Notes under the pieces: model-generated
Databases searched by the model: none
What the model was told of the DNA's origin: nothing
Seen by the model: only the letters and a program-made list of their open reading frames with translations
Made by a program: the position numbers and the translations under genes
Shown: positions 15,820 through 25,124 of the stretch, in pieces
Position numbering within the stretch: the stretch's first letter is position 1
How the letters are laid out: the number at the start of each line of letters is the position of its first letter
Source of the DNA: an uncultured Chloroflexia bacterium
Lineage (GTDB): Bacteria; Chloroflexota; Limnocylindria; Limnocylindrales; CSP1-4
Reading direction: 5' to 3'
Length of the DNA: 29,150 bases
Assembly (NCBI GenBank): GCA_963734535.1
Contig: CAVTHS010000012.1
Location: forward strand, 1 to 29,150

Positions 15820-16620
15820 CTATTCGGCGGGCTCGGCGGGCTCCGCTCCGGGAGACTCGCCGGATTCCTCGTCGTCGTCGATGACGACCAGGCGGAAGGC
15901 CTCCGCCGACGCGACGCCGATCGCGCCGCCCTCCTCGGCAGCCCAGTCTCGCATCCGCTGCTCGAACGCGGCGTCGACGCTGAGCTGGCTTGCGTGGCAG
16001 CGCAGCGCGGCGATCTTTCGCTCGATCGCCGCGCCGACATCGACCCACGCCGTGGGCGCGCCCGGCCAGAACAGGTACAGCCGGCGGACCTTGTGCGCCG
16101 CGAACCCGGCCCGGGCCAGGCTCGGGAACGCCATCGGGTTGCGGGCTGCCGGGTAGACCGCGTCGACGGCCGCGATCCCGGCTGCGCGATGGTCCGTGTG
16201 GTTGACGCCGCTCCCCTGGTAGAACAGGACCTCGGGATCGTGCGTGAACACCGCGTCGGGCCGAAACTCGCGGATCTCCCGGACCAGCAGCTCCCGGAGC
16301 GGCAGCTCGTTGGCGAGGGCCCCGTCGGGCTGGTGGAGGAATCGCACCTCGTCGTAGCCCACCACGGCAGCCGCCTGGCGCTGCTCCGCCTCGCGCGTGG
16401 CCGCGAGCTCGAGCGGGTCGATCTCGGGATCCTCGCCGCCCTGGTCGCCGCTCGTGCAGCATACGAGGCGGCCCACGGAGCCGGCCTCGATCCAGCGCGA
16501 CGCCGTCGCCGCCGGGCCGAAGTCCGCATCGTCCGGATGCGCAACGATCACCATGAACCGGGCGGCTCGCCAGGCGTGCGGCGCAACGACGGCCCCTTCC
16601 GCGGGCTGCCCGGGCGTCAT
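15820..16620 (-). CDS. PIG-L/LmbE family Zn-dependent deacetylase
   Basis: Motifs AHPDDAD, TSGDQG, REAEQ, HTDH and HASQ. Confidence 0.9.
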   Translation of the reverse strand: MTPGQPAEGAVVAPHAWRAARFMVIVAHPDDADFGPAATASRWIEAGSVGRLVCCTSGDQGGEDPEIDPLELAATREAEQRQAAAVVGYDEVRFLHQPDGALANELPLRELLVREIREFRPDAVFTHDPEVLFYQGSGVNHTDHRAAGIAAVDAVYPAARNPMAFPSLARAGFAAHKVRRLYLFWPGAPTAWVDVGAAIERKIAALRCHASQLSVDAAFEQRMRDWAAEEGGAIGVASAEAFRLVVIDDDEESGESPGAEPAEPAE

Positions 16621-16703
16621 CGCCCGGCGCAGGCGGCCGCGGACGTGACGCGGCGACGGCGCCCCGTCGCCCGTGGGCGCGCTGGAGTCCTCTTCACCGG
16701 GGA

Positions 16704-17192
16704 TCAGCGTCCCACCCGTGCCTTCGCGGCGGCCAGGACCGCGCGGACGTCGGCGGCATGACCCTCCGGCTTGACCGCGGGCCAGGCGTGCGCGATGCGT
16801 CCGTCGGGTCCGACGAGGAACGTCGACCTGACGGTGCGCATGGTTGTCCGGCCTTCCTTCGTCCGCTCGGCCCAGGCGCCGTACGCGCTGGTCACCGCCG
16901 CGCCCTCGTCGGAGAGGAGCGTGAACGGAAGCTCGAGCTTGGCCCGGAATCTCGCGTGGCTGCCGGCATCGTCGGGGCTGATCCCCCAGACCTCGGCGCC
17001 GTCGGCGCGCAGGCTCGCGAAGCTGTCGCGGAACTCGCAGGCCTCGGTCGTGCAGCCCGGCGTGTCGTCCTCCGGGTAGAAGTAGACGACGGTCCACGCG
17101 CCGGCCCGGTCGGCGAGGCGATGGAGCGTGCCCGATTCGTCGGGGAGCGCGATCGGGGGAGCCGGATCGCCGGCCGCTGGCATCTGCGACAT
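16704..17192 (-). CDS. bcp: Peroxiredoxin BCP/PrxQ
   Basis: Motifs YFYPEDDTPGCTTEAC, GISPD and RSTFLV. The ATG lies 6 nt after TATCCT. Confidence 0.93.
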   Translation of the reverse strand: MSQMPAAGDPAPPIALPDESGTLHRLADRAGAWTVVYFYPEDDTPGCTTEACEFRDSFASLRADGAEVWGISPDDAGSHARFRAKLELPFTLLSDEGAAVTSAYGAWAERTKEGRTTMRTVRSTFLVGPDGRIAHAWPAVKPEGHAADVRAVLAAAKARVGR

Positions 17193-17306
17193 GGTCGGAG
17201 GATAGCCCGGACGCCGCCCGAACGCCCTCGCGGCGTCCGCGACGGGCTGGGCCGCCCGCCGGCCGCGATCCTGCCATCCCGTATACTGCCGACCGAAACT
17301 GAAGAT

Positions 17307-17397
17307 CGCCTCCGGGGAGCGCACAGCGCTGAGAGTGTGGCACCAGCCACAGACCCGCCGAACCTGATCTGGCTCATACCAGCGAAGGAAGCAGGCC
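17307..17397 (+). ncRNA. TPP riboswitch (THI element)
   Basis: Conserved blocks GGGGAGC...GCTGAGA...ACCC...GAACCTGATCTGGCTCATACCAGCGAAGGAA, lying upstream of the thi genes. TATACT -10 box at 17282. Confidence 0.95.
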
Positions 17398-17465
17398 TCA
17401 CCTGACTCGATGCCCGCCCGTTCCTCCACGGACGGCATCTCGATTGTCAGGAGGCGCAGGATCCC

Positions 17466-18299
17466 GTGGCGGCGACGAATGACGTGATCGGAGCAGCCGG
17501 CCGTCCGCGGCCGCGAGCGCTCACGATCGCCGGGTCCGATTCGGGCGGGGGAGCCGGAATCCAGGCCGACCTCAAGACGTTCGCTGCGCTCGGGGCGTAC
17601 GGCGCCTCGGCGGTCACCGCGATCACCGCCCAGAACACGACAGGCGTTCGGATGATCCACGAGGTCCCGGCGGACGTGGTGGCGGCCCAGGTCGACGCCG
17701 TGCTCTCCGACATCGGCGCCGACGCGGTCAAGACGGGGATGCTCTTCAGCACGGCGATCGTCGAGGCGGTGGCCGGCTGCCTTCGCGCCCACGGCGTCAC
17801 GCGGCTCGTCGTCGACCCCGTGATGGTGGCGAAGGGCGGCGACCGGCTCCTGCGCGAGGATGCGATCGCGGCGCTCCGGGACCTGCTCCTTCCGATCGCC
17901 GCGGTCGTCACGCCAAATGCCCCGGAGGCCTCCGTGCTCGCCGGCCTGGACGTCGTCGACGCGCGGACCGCGCGCGAGGCCGCCCGCCGGATCCATGCGC
18001 TCGGGCCGCGCCTCGTCATCGTCAAGGGCGGCCACCTCGGCGGCGAACGCTCCGAGGACACCGCGTTCGACGGGACGACGTTCGAGGTGCTCTCGGCTCC
18101 GCGGATCGACACGCCCCACACGCACGGGACCGGCTGCACCTTCTCGGCGGCGATCGCAGCCTGCCTCGCAGGCGGAGCGTCGCCGCTCGACGCGGCGCGG
18201 GCGGCGAAGGCCTTCCTGCAGGGCGCGATCGAGCACGCCGAGCCGCTCGGGGCGGGCCGCGGCCCGGTGAATCACCTGTGGAGGTATCGCGATGCGTGA
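17466..18299 (+). CDS. thiD: HMP/HMP-P kinase
   Basis: Motifs [33 protein letters not shown] and HGTGC. Confidence 0.97.
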   Translation: MAATNDVIGAAGRPRPRALTIAGSDSGGGAGIQADLKTFAALGAYGASAVTAITAQNTTGVRMIHEVPADVVAAQVDAVLSDIGADAVKTGMLFSTAIVEAVAGCLRAHGVTRLVVDPVMVAKGGDRLLREDAIAALRDLLLPIAAVVTPNAPEASVLAGLDVVDARTAREAARRIHALGPRLVIVKGGHLGGERSEDTAFDGTTFEVLSAPRIDTPHTHGTGCTFSAAIAACLAGGASPLDAARAAKAFLQGAIEHAEPLGAGRGPVNHLWRYRDA

Positions 18300-19116
18300 G
18301 CTCGACCTCGGGGCCGTCACGGCCGATGCCCTCGCCGAGATCCGGGACCGTCACCCGCTGATCCACCAGATCACCAACTACGTCGTCATGAACGACACGG
18401 CCAATGTCACCCTCCACATCGGTGCCTCGCCGGTCATGGCCCACGCGATCGGCGAGGTCCGCGAGATGGTCCGCCACGCCGGCGCCCTCGTGCTCAACAT
18501 CGGGACGCTGGACCCGGCCTGGATCGAGGCGATGCTCGCCGCCGGTAGCGAAGCGAATGAGCGCGGCGTGCCGGTGGTGCTGGACCCGGTGGGGGTCGGC
18601 GCGACCACGCTGCGGACCGATGCCGTGGAGGCGATCCTGGCCGCGGTGCGCGTCGACGTTGTCCGCGGCAATGCAGCCGAGCTGTCGGCCATCGCTGGGC
18701 TTGCGGCGGAGATCCGGGGCGTCGACTCCGTCTCGGCGGACGCGCCAGACGCCGCGGCGCGGATCGTCGCCCGGCGGACGGGCGGCGCCGCGGTTGCCAG
18801 CGGCCCGATCGATCATGTCGCCGACGCGACGCGCGCCGCCCGGGTGGAGAACGGCCATCCGCTGATGGGGGCCATCACGGGGTCGGGCTGCATGGCGACC
18901 GCGCTCGTGGGCGCCTTCCGGGCGGTCCAGCCCGACCCGTTCCTGGCTGCCACGGCCGCGATGATCGCGTTCGGGATCGCCGGCGAGATCGCGGCGGAGC
19001 GAAGCGCCGGTCCTGGCACGTTCCGCCAGCACCTCATGGATGCCGTGTACGGGCTTGGCCCCGAGGTGATCCGGGCGAGGGCGCGGGCGACGATTGCACC
19101 GGTGATGCCGGCATGA
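18292..19116 (+). CDS. thiM: Hydroxyethylthiazole kinase
   Basis: Motifs ITNYVVMN, GASPVMAH, NIGTL, DPVGVGA, RGNAAE and TGSGC. Confidence 0.96.
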   Translation: MRELDLGAVTADALAEIRDRHPLIHQITNYVVMNDTANVTLHIGASPVMAHAIGEVREMVRHAGALVLNIGTLDPAWIEAMLAAGSEANERGVPVVLDPVGVGATTLRTDAVEAILAAVRVDVVRGNAAELSAIAGLAAEIRGVDSVSADAPDAAARIVARRTGGAAVASGPIDHVADATRAARVENGHPLMGAITGSGCMATALVGAFRAVQPDPFLAATAAMIAFGIAGEIAAERSAGPGTFRQHLMDAVYGLGPEVIRARARATIAPVMPA

Positions 19117-19811
19117 CCGGGCCCCCTGACGGTCGCCTGCGCCACCGGGAACAGCTCCGGGCCGCCGGCGTCTACCTCGTGACCGAGGAGGCGCTCAGCG
19201 CCGGGCGGACGTCGGTGGAGATCGTGGCGAAGGCGATCGCGGCCGGGATCGGGATCGTCCAGGTCCGCGAGAAGCTGGGGACTGCCCGGCGCGCCCTGGA
19301 GATCGCGGTGGCACTCCGCAGCGCCACCCGCGAGCAGGGAGGGCTCCTCCTCGTCAACGATCGTCTCGACCTTGCCCTGGCGGCACACGCGGATGGGGTC
19401 CACCTCGGCCAGGACGACGTGCCGGTCGCGACCGCCCGCGCGATCCTCGGACCCGACGCCCTGATCGGGCTCTCGATCACCGATCCTGGGCAGCTCGAGC
19501 TGCCCGACGTCCGCGACGCCGACTACCTCGGGGTGGGCGCGGTCTTCCCGACCGACTCGAAGGCGGACGCGCGGTACACGGGGCTCGACTTGCTGGCCGC
19601 GGCCCGTGCGGGGGTTGACCTGCCCATCGTCGCCATCGGCGGGATCACCCCGGAGAACGCGGCCGCGGCCGTCCGGGCCGGCGCGGACGTGGTGGCGGTG
19701 ATCGGCGCGATCGCCGGCGCCGCCGATCCTGCATCCGCGGCGCGGCACCTGCTCGAGGTCGTCGCGGTCACCCGGCGCGCGCGGCCCGACGCAACCGGGG
19801 GGCGGCGGTGA
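19113..19811 (+). CDS. thiE: Thiamine-phosphate synthase
   Basis: Motifs QVREK, VNDR, GVHLGQDD, FPTDSK and AIGGI. Confidence 0.96.
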   Translation: MTGPPDGRLRHREQLRAAGVYLVTEEALSAGRTSVEIVAKAIAAGIGIVQVREKLGTARRALEIAVALRSATREQGGLLLVNDRLDLALAAHADGVHLGQDDVPVATARAILGPDALIGLSITDPGQLELPDVRDADYLGVGAVFPTDSKADARYTGLDLLAAARAGVDLPIVAIGGITPENAAAAVRAGADVVAVIGAIAGAADPASAARHLLEVVAVTRRARPDATGGRR

Positions 19812-20788
19812 CCGAGGGTCCGGGCGAGTTCGCGCTCATCGCCGAGCTCGCGGCGCTGTTCGGGAACCCGCCCGACGGTCTCGGGATCGGCGACGATGCG
19901 GCCACCTGGCCGGCGCCTGCCGGCACCGTCGCCGTGGCCACCACCGACATGCTCGTCGAGGGCATCCACTTCCGGCTGGACTGGACCAGCCCAATGGATC
20001 TCGGCTGGAAGGTCCTTGCGGCCAACCTTTCCGACCTCGCAGCGATGGGCGCCACGCCGGGTCGCGCCCTGTTGTCAATCGCGATTGACCCTGCCCGCCG
20101 CGAGCTGGTCCTCGACGTCGCCCGCGGGCTGCAGTCCCTGGCGGTGCTGACGGGCACCTGGATCGTCGGCGGCGACACGGTCCGCTCCCCTGGTCCGCTC
20201 GTGATCAACGTCGCCCTCGTCGGCCAGGCAGATCCGTCCCGCCTGCTTCGCCGCGACGCGGCACGGGCGGGCGATCTCGTCGGGGTCACCGGCATCCTCG
20301 GCGCATCGGCGGCGGCGCTGACGCTGCTCTCGGAAGGCGCCGGATCGATGGATCCCGCCGCAGCGCCGCTCCTCGCCGCGCACCACCGGCCGCACCCGCG
20401 GCTGGTCGCCGGGCAGGTGCTCGCGTCCCACGGGGTCCGGTGCGCGATCGACATCAGCGACGGCCTCGCCAGCGAGGCGCTGCACGTTGCCCACGCCAGC
20501 GGGGTCGGCATCAAGATCGACGTCGGCCGAGTGCCGGTCGCGCCGGCGGCCGTGGAGCTGCTCGGCGATCGCCGCAGCCGCGAGCTGGCACTGACGGGCG
20601 GGGAGGACTACGAGCTCCTGTTCACCTTCGACCCGCGGCTCCGGGCAGAGCTCGCGGCGGACCTCCAGGTTGACGGGGGCCTGACGGTCCTCGGCGAGGT
20701 GAGCGATCACGTGCCTCCCGGCGACGCCCGGTTCGTGGCGAACGGTCAGCCGATCGAGCCGGCCCAGCGGGGATACGTGGCGTTCTGA
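19808..20788 (+). CDS. thiL: Thiamine-monophosphate kinase
   Basis: Motifs EFALI, GIGDDAA, NLSDLAAMG, GGDT, DISDGL and GGEDYEL. Confidence 0.96.
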   Translation: MTEGPGEFALIAELAALFGNPPDGLGIGDDAATWPAPAGTVAVATTDMLVEGIHFRLDWTSPMDLGWKVLAANLSDLAAMGATPGRALLSIAIDPARRELVLDVARGLQSLAVLTGTWIVGGDTVRSPGPLVINVALVGQADPSRLLRRDAARAGDLVGVTGILGASAAALTLLSEGAGSMDPAAAPLLAAHHRPHPRLVAGQVLASHGVRCAIDISDGLASEALHVAHASGVGIKIDVGRVPVAPAAVELLGDRRSRELALTGGEDYELLFTFDPRLRAELAADLQVDGGLTVLGEVSDHVPPGDARFVANGQPIEPAQRGYVAF

Positions 20789-22116
20789 TGACTGCCCCGG
20801 CCCGGCTGCCCGACGCCCCGCGGGACGACCTGGCCGCCGCCCAGCTCGGGATCGAGCCGGTTCCCCGGCGCCATCGCGTGCTGGGCTTCCTCGACTTCTT
20901 CGTCCTGTGGGCCGACTTCGGCGTCGGGCTCCTGGTGCTGCTGGCGGGGACGCTCCTGGTGCCCGGGCTGGGCTTCTGGCCCGCGATGGCGGCGATCGCT
21001 CTGGGGACACTCGCCGGCGTGCTCCTCCTCGGGCTCGCTGGAGTCGTCGGGTCCGACCTCGCGGTCCCCTCGATGGTCGGCCTCCGCCCAAGCTTCGGGA
21101 TCCGCGGGAGCTACCTGCCCAGCCTCGTCAACGTCATCCAGCTCGTCGGGTTCGGCGCCTTCGAGGTCATCATCATGGCCCAGGCCTCGGCCCGACTCGC
21201 GGCGCCGATCGTCGGCCCGGGTTCCTACCCGGCCTGGGCCGTCGCGTGGAGCGCGGTGGTGATCCTCATGGGCCTGGGCGGCCCCCTGGTCGTCGTTCGC
21301 CAGTGGCTGGAGAAGGCCGGCATCTGGATCGTCCTCGCGACCGCGGCCTGGATGACCGCCTACGTCGTCACCCACTTCGACCTTGGCGCCGCGGTCGCCC
21401 GACCCGGCGACGGGAGCCTGACGTTCGCGCAGGCCATCGACCTCGTGGTGGTCATGCCGATCAGCTGGCTGCCGCTCGTCGCCGACTACAACCGGTTCGC
21501 GCGCGACACGCGTTCCGCGTTCTGGGGCACGGTCGCGGGCTTCGCGGTCGCGAACGTTGGCTTCTACGCGCTCGGCGTGCTGCTCATCCTGGTCCTGCCG
21601 GGCAGCGACCTGGTCGGCTCGATCCTCTCGATCGCGTTCGGGGCGGCCGGCCTCGCGCTCCTCCTCGGCGACGAGGCAGACAACGCGTTCGCGGACATCT
21701 ACTCGGCAGCGATCTCCGTGCGCAACGTTCGACCCGGCTGGTCGACGCGCTGGCTCGTGGTTGGCATCGGGGCGATCGTTCTCGGGATCGCCCTGGCGGT
21801 GGACCTCACCCAGTACCAGAATTTCCTGTTCCTCGTCGGCTCTCTGTTCACGCCGCTGTTCGGGGTCCTGTTCGCCGACTACTTCCTCCTGGGGAGGCGC
21901 GGCTACGCGACGGCGGAGCTCTACCCGACGAGCCGCGGGGCCGAGAGACCGCTGGGGATCAACCCGGTGGCGCTCCTCGCCTGGGCCGCGGGCATCGGGA
22001 GCTACCTGGTGGTCATCAACACCGCCCCTTGGCTCGGGGGCACCCTCCCGTCTCTCGGCGTGAGTCTCGGCGTCTACGTGGCCCTGACGAAGCTGCGGCG
22101 GGCGCTCGCGCGGTGA
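20788..22116 (+). CDS. cytX: NCS1-family permease, putative hydroxymethylpyrimidine transporter
   Basis: About 12 TM helices, with MPISWLPLVADYNRF and FADIYSAA motifs. Part of the thi operon. Confidence 0.85.
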   Translation: MTAPARLPDAPRDDLAAAQLGIEPVPRRHRVLGFLDFFVLWADFGVGLLVLLAGTLLVPGLGFWPAMAAIALGTLAGVLLLGLAGVVGSDLAVPSMVGLRPSFGIRGSYLPSLVNVIQLVGFGAFEVIIMAQASARLAAPIVGPGSYPAWAVAWSAVVILMGLGGPLVVVRQWLEKAGIWIVLATAAWMTAYVVTHFDLGAAVARPGDGSLTFAQAIDLVVVMPISWLPLVADYNRFARDTRSAFWGTVAGFAVANVGFYALGVLLILVLPGSDLVGSILSIAFGAAGLALLLGDEADNAFADIYSAAISVRNVRPGWSTRWLVVGIGAIVLGIALAVDLTQYQNFLFLVGSLFTPLFGVLFADYFLLGRRGYATAELYPTSRGAERPLGINPVALLAWAAGIGSYLVVINTAPWLGGTLPSLGVSLGVYVALTKLRRALAR

Positions 22117-22150
22117 CGGGGGATTCGTCCTGCCGTTCGGGCAGGTTCGC

Positions 22151-22786
22151 TCAGCCGAGCAGGCCGTCAACCCAGGCGGCGACGGAGCCCCACACCTCGC
22201 CGGCGCCCGCGTCGCGAAGCTCGATCTCGGTCGCGAGCTCCGTCCGGATCCCGACGCCGCGCGCCCCGGCGGCGACCGCCATCCGCATGTCGTCGAGCGC
22301 GTCGCCCACGTAGACAGCCTCGGCCGCGCGCCCGGCCATGCCAAGCGTCTCGAGCGCATGGTGGAGTCCCGCCGGACCCGGCTTCGGCTCGAACGGGTCG
22401 TCGCCGTAGACCCGAGCCGGCAGGAGCGCGGCCAGGCCGTGGCGCTCGAGCTGGGGCTCCACGCTGTCGCGACGGCCGGCGGTGACGATTCCGAGCGCGA
22501 GCCCTGCGCGGGCCAGGCGAAGGAGGGCTGCGGCGGCCCCGGGGAGCAGGACGGCCTCGTCATGACCACGGTAGAGCGCCCACCAGCGGTCGCCGACCGA
22601 TTCGATGGCGTCCTCCGGTAGGAGGAACCGGCGGTAGAGGAGCCGCCAGTCGGGCGTGAAATGGCGCCGGTAGTCGTCCCACGTGATGGGCGTCCCGTAC
22701 TCCGCCATGACGAGCTGGGTCGCGGCGTACATGAACGGGAGCGTGTCGACGAGGGTTCCATCCCAGTCGAAGAGGACGGCGCGCAC
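22151..22786 (-). CDS. HAD-family phosphatase
   Basis: Motifs FDWDGTLVD, IVT, KP and YVGD..DD. The GTG at 22786 lies 7 nt after TACGAT. Confidence 0.9.
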   Translation of the reverse strand: MRAVLFDWDGTLVDTLPFMYAATQLVMAEYGTPITWDDYRRHFTPDWRLLYRRFLLPEDAIESVGDRWWALYRGHDEAVLLPGAAAALLRLARAGLALGIVTAGRRDSVEPQLERHGLAALLPARVYGDDPFEPKPGPAGLHHALETLGMAGRAAEAVYVGDALDDMRMAVAAGARGVGIRTELATEIELRDAGAGEVWGSVAAWVDGLLG

Positions 22787-22904
22787 GGCCACGATCGTAG
22801 CCGGTCGGCGGCGGCAGCGACCGATGCGACGAGACGCTGCCGGCTGCCGCGATTGGCAGACGCGACGGACGGACGCGCCCGCGGCCGATGCTAGACTCGC
22901 GGCC

Positions 22905-23480
22905 GTGCCCGAACCTCCCGATCCACGACCGCCCGCCGAGGGTGCCGCGAGCGACCCCGCCGTTCGTCGCGTGATCGATGCGGCCGCCAGGCGCGGCGTC
23001 CGGCTCGATGTCCACGAGCTCGCCGATACGACGCACACGGCCGAGGACGCTGCCCGGGCGCTCGGGGTCCTACAGGCGCAGATCGTGAAGTCCCTCGTGT
23101 TCGTGGCGCCCCGCGACGAAGGTCTCCCGGAACCGATCATCTGCCTGGTCGCGGGCACCAACCGGGTGAGCCTTGTGCTCCTGGCGGCCGTCACCGGCGA
23201 GGCGGGCGTCCGGCGCGCGACCGCACGGGAGGCCCGCGAGCTGACGGGCTTCTCGATCGGCGGAATCCCGCCCATCGGCCACCCGCGGCCGGTGCGGGTC
23301 GTCATGGACCCGGACCTGGGCAGCTACGCCGAGGTCTGGGCTGCGGCAGGTCAGGATCGCTCCGTCTTTCCCATCTCGCCGGCCGGGCTCCGGGCGCTCA
23401 CCAACGCGATCGTCGCGGAGATTGCCGAGGGTCTCTCGGCGGAGTCCCCGGCGACGGGGCCGGGAGCACACGGGTCGTGA
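22905..23480 (+). CDS. YbaK/EbsC aminoacyl-tRNA deacylase family protein
   Basis: Motifs TAEDAA, QIVKSLVF, TGFSIGGIPPIGH and WAAAG. The GTG lies 7 nt after TGcTAGACT. Confidence 0.92.
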   Translation: MPEPPDPRPPAEGAASDPAVRRVIDAAARRGVRLDVHELADTTHTAEDAARALGVLQAQIVKSLVFVAPRDEGLPEPIICLVAGTNRVSLVLLAAVTGEAGVRRATAREARELTGFSIGGIPPIGHPRPVRVVMDPDLGSYAEVWAAAGQDRSVFPISPAGLRALTNAIVAEIAEGLSAESPATGPGAHGS

Positions 23481-24049
23481 AGGCCGAGCCGCGCCAGGCG
23501 AGCGTCGGGTACCCCGGCGGCCTCCGGGTCCGCTACCGCTGGGCGGGCACCGGGGGCGGCGACGCCATGTTCGCCCTCACCGAGGCCGGCGGTGAGCTCT
23601 TCGAGTACGGCGACCGCGCGGGAGTCGGCTTCGAGCGGCTCTGCCGCGCCGAGATCCGCGTCGAGACTCCGGCCGGAGCATGGGCTGCGCGCCTGGCCTC
23701 CGCGATCTTCGACGCTCCCGCCGGCGCCGCGTGGGATTCGGCAGGCCTGCTCGTCGTGAAGTACGGGTTCATCACCTATGGCCTGGTCGCCCGGACTGGC
23801 GAGCTACGCTGGTCGCACCGGTCGGGATCGCCGGTCCAGGCCGTCATCGGCTCGTCCCGCCTGTCGCACGTCCTCGTCCAGGCCGAGATCGAGACCTTTG
23901 CGCTCGAGGAGGACGGCGAGGTGCGCTGGCGCGTCGGCCACTCCGACGTCGTCGCCGACGCCGAGCTGGTCGGCGGCCGCCTGGTCCTCACGAGCTACGC
24001 GGGCCTGGTCTCGGCGCTCGACCCGGCAACGGGACGCGCGCTGCCCTGA
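23477..24049 (+). CDS. Hypothetical protein with PQQ-type propeller-blade-like repeats
   Basis: Motifs TGELRW, DGEVRW and ALDPATG. GTGA overlap with the ybaK-like gene. Confidence 0.7.
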   Translation: MKAEPRQASVGYPGGLRVRYRWAGTGGGDAMFALTEAGGELFEYGDRAGVGFERLCRAEIRVETPAGAWAARLASAIFDAPAGAAWDSAGLLVVKYGFITYGLVARTGELRWSHRSGSPVQAVIGSSRLSHVLVQAEIETFALEEDGEVRWRVGHSDVVADAELVGGRLVLTSYAGLVSALDPATGRALP

Positions 24050-24110
24050 CCAGCCGGGGTGACGCGCCGGACCCCGGCTCGCCCTGACCGCGCCCCGGTT
24101 GCGCTCCGAC

Positions 24111-24161
24111 TGTGGACGGAGTGTGGACAATCGGCGTCCGCCTCGGAACATTCGTGGACAA
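24111..24161. promoter_or_regulatory. Cluster of DnaA-box-like motifs
   Basis: TGTGGACGG (24111), TGTGGACAA (24122, the reverse complement of TTGTCCACA) and CGTGGACAA (24153). Confidence 0.45.
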
Positions 24162-24167
24162 CGGCTG

Positions 24168-24196
24168 TTGTCCGTGCCGATCGGGACGGGTAGCGT
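24168..24196 (+). promoter_or_regulatory. Sigma70-type promoter for the candidate ncRNA
   Basis: TTGTCC, a 17-nt spacer, then TAGCGT. The expected +1 is about 24203. Confidence 0.55.
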
Positions 24197-24202
24197 TGCT
24201 GT

Positions 24203-24283
24203 CGACCCGGAGGGGTCATGAGCTCGCTAACGGCGGAGGCTTCACGGCCGAGGCCCACGCGATGCGGAGGTTCCTCCGGGTCG
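24203..24283 (+). ncRNA. Candidate structured small RNA of unknown family
   Basis: The 5' CGACCCGGAGG pairs perfectly with the 3' CCTCCGGGTCG (extendable by G-U pairs) and closes a region with several short hairpins. It starts at the predicted +1. Confidence 0.5.
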
Positions 24284-24404
24284 CTTCGCGCTCTGGGGCC
24301 GCCACGGCCGGCGCTCCGGCGGTCGCGGCGGCGACCATGGCCGTGGGGCGACGGTGGCCGTGGGGCGACAGCGACCCGTCCGCGGGCTGCTACCATCCCC
24401 GCCC

Positions 24405-25124
24405 GTGACACCCCTCCTCGTGATCGCCGCCGGGATCGTCGCGCTCGCGATCGGCTCCCTCCTCCTTCGCTCGTACGGGCCACGGGTCCGGGTCGGGCGC
24501 CTCCTTGCCGTGACGCCGAGCGTGAGCATCGCGGCGGCCCGGAGCCTGGCCTCGAACGGGGCACGGCGTTACGTGCGGGTCGACGGGCGCCTGGACGCGG
24601 ACGAGGTCTTCCCGGACGAGCACGACCGCCCGCTCGTCTTTCGTCGCAGGCGCGTCGAGGCCCGCCTCCGGGGCGGCTGGCGGGTGCTCGACGAGCAGCG
24701 GAAATCGGTCGCCTTCCAGCTTCGCGAGGGTGCCGACGAGATCGGCGTGGACGCCGAGGCGATCGACGAGGGCCTCGTGACCCTGGTCCGGGAGTCGGTC
24801 GGGACTGCCGCGGAGGTCACGGGTCCGCTCACCTCGAGGCTTGCACCGGACACCAGCATCCGCCTGCGGATCGAGCAGCTCTCGTCCGTCGAGCACGCGG
24901 CGGTCCTGGGCGTGCCGCTCGCGGACGCCGAGGGAAGGTGCCGGATGACGCGCGGGACGGGCCGGCCGCTCGTCGTCTGCACGCTCGAGCAGGAGGAGGC
25001 GATGCGCGTCCTGGCGGACGGGGCGCGGGCCCGACCCGTCGCGGCTGCCGTCAGCCTCGCGGGCGGCCTGGCCCTCCTCGTGGTCGGGATCGGATGGGCG
25101 CTGCTGGCCGGTACGGCCGGATGA
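24405..25124 (+). CDS. Hypothetical membrane protein (TM - beta-rich soluble domain - TM)
   Basis: Hydrophobic helices at both ends. The GTG lies 8 nt after TGcTACCAT. Confidence 0.75.
   Translation: MTPLLVIAAGIVALAIGSLLLRSYGPRVRVGRLLAVTPSVSIAAARSLASNGARRYVRVDGRLDADEVFPDEHDRPLVFRRRRVEARLRGGWRVLDEQRKSVAFQLREGADEIGVDAEAIDEGLVTLVRESVGTAAEVTGPLTSRLAPDTSIRLRIEQLSSVEHAAVLGVPLADAEGRCRMTRGTGRPLVVCTLEQEEAMRVLADGARARPVAAAVSLAGGLALLVVGIGWALLAGTAG

Noticed and set aside
22151-22786. HAD as a thiamine-phosphate phosphatase of the thi operon
   Set aside because: It is on the opposite strand with its own promoter, and there is no substrate evidence.
24111-24176. Replication origin
   Set aside because: Too few boxes, no AT-rich unwinding region and no dnaA/dnaN context.
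24203-24283. SAM-IV riboswitch, tRNA-Sec or c-di-GMP/cGAMP riboswitch
   Set aside because: Only GGTCATGAG resembles SAM-IV, and the rest of its core is missing. There is no T-loop or CCA, and no GEMM GCAAA...GAAA pattern.
24218-25120. 389-aa ORF starting at ATG 24218 after GGAGG
   Set aside because: The N-terminal 300 aa are Arg/Pro/Gly-rich off-frame sequence overlapping the real 24405 gene, and the SD is buried in the stem. Only 25121-25387 looks coding.
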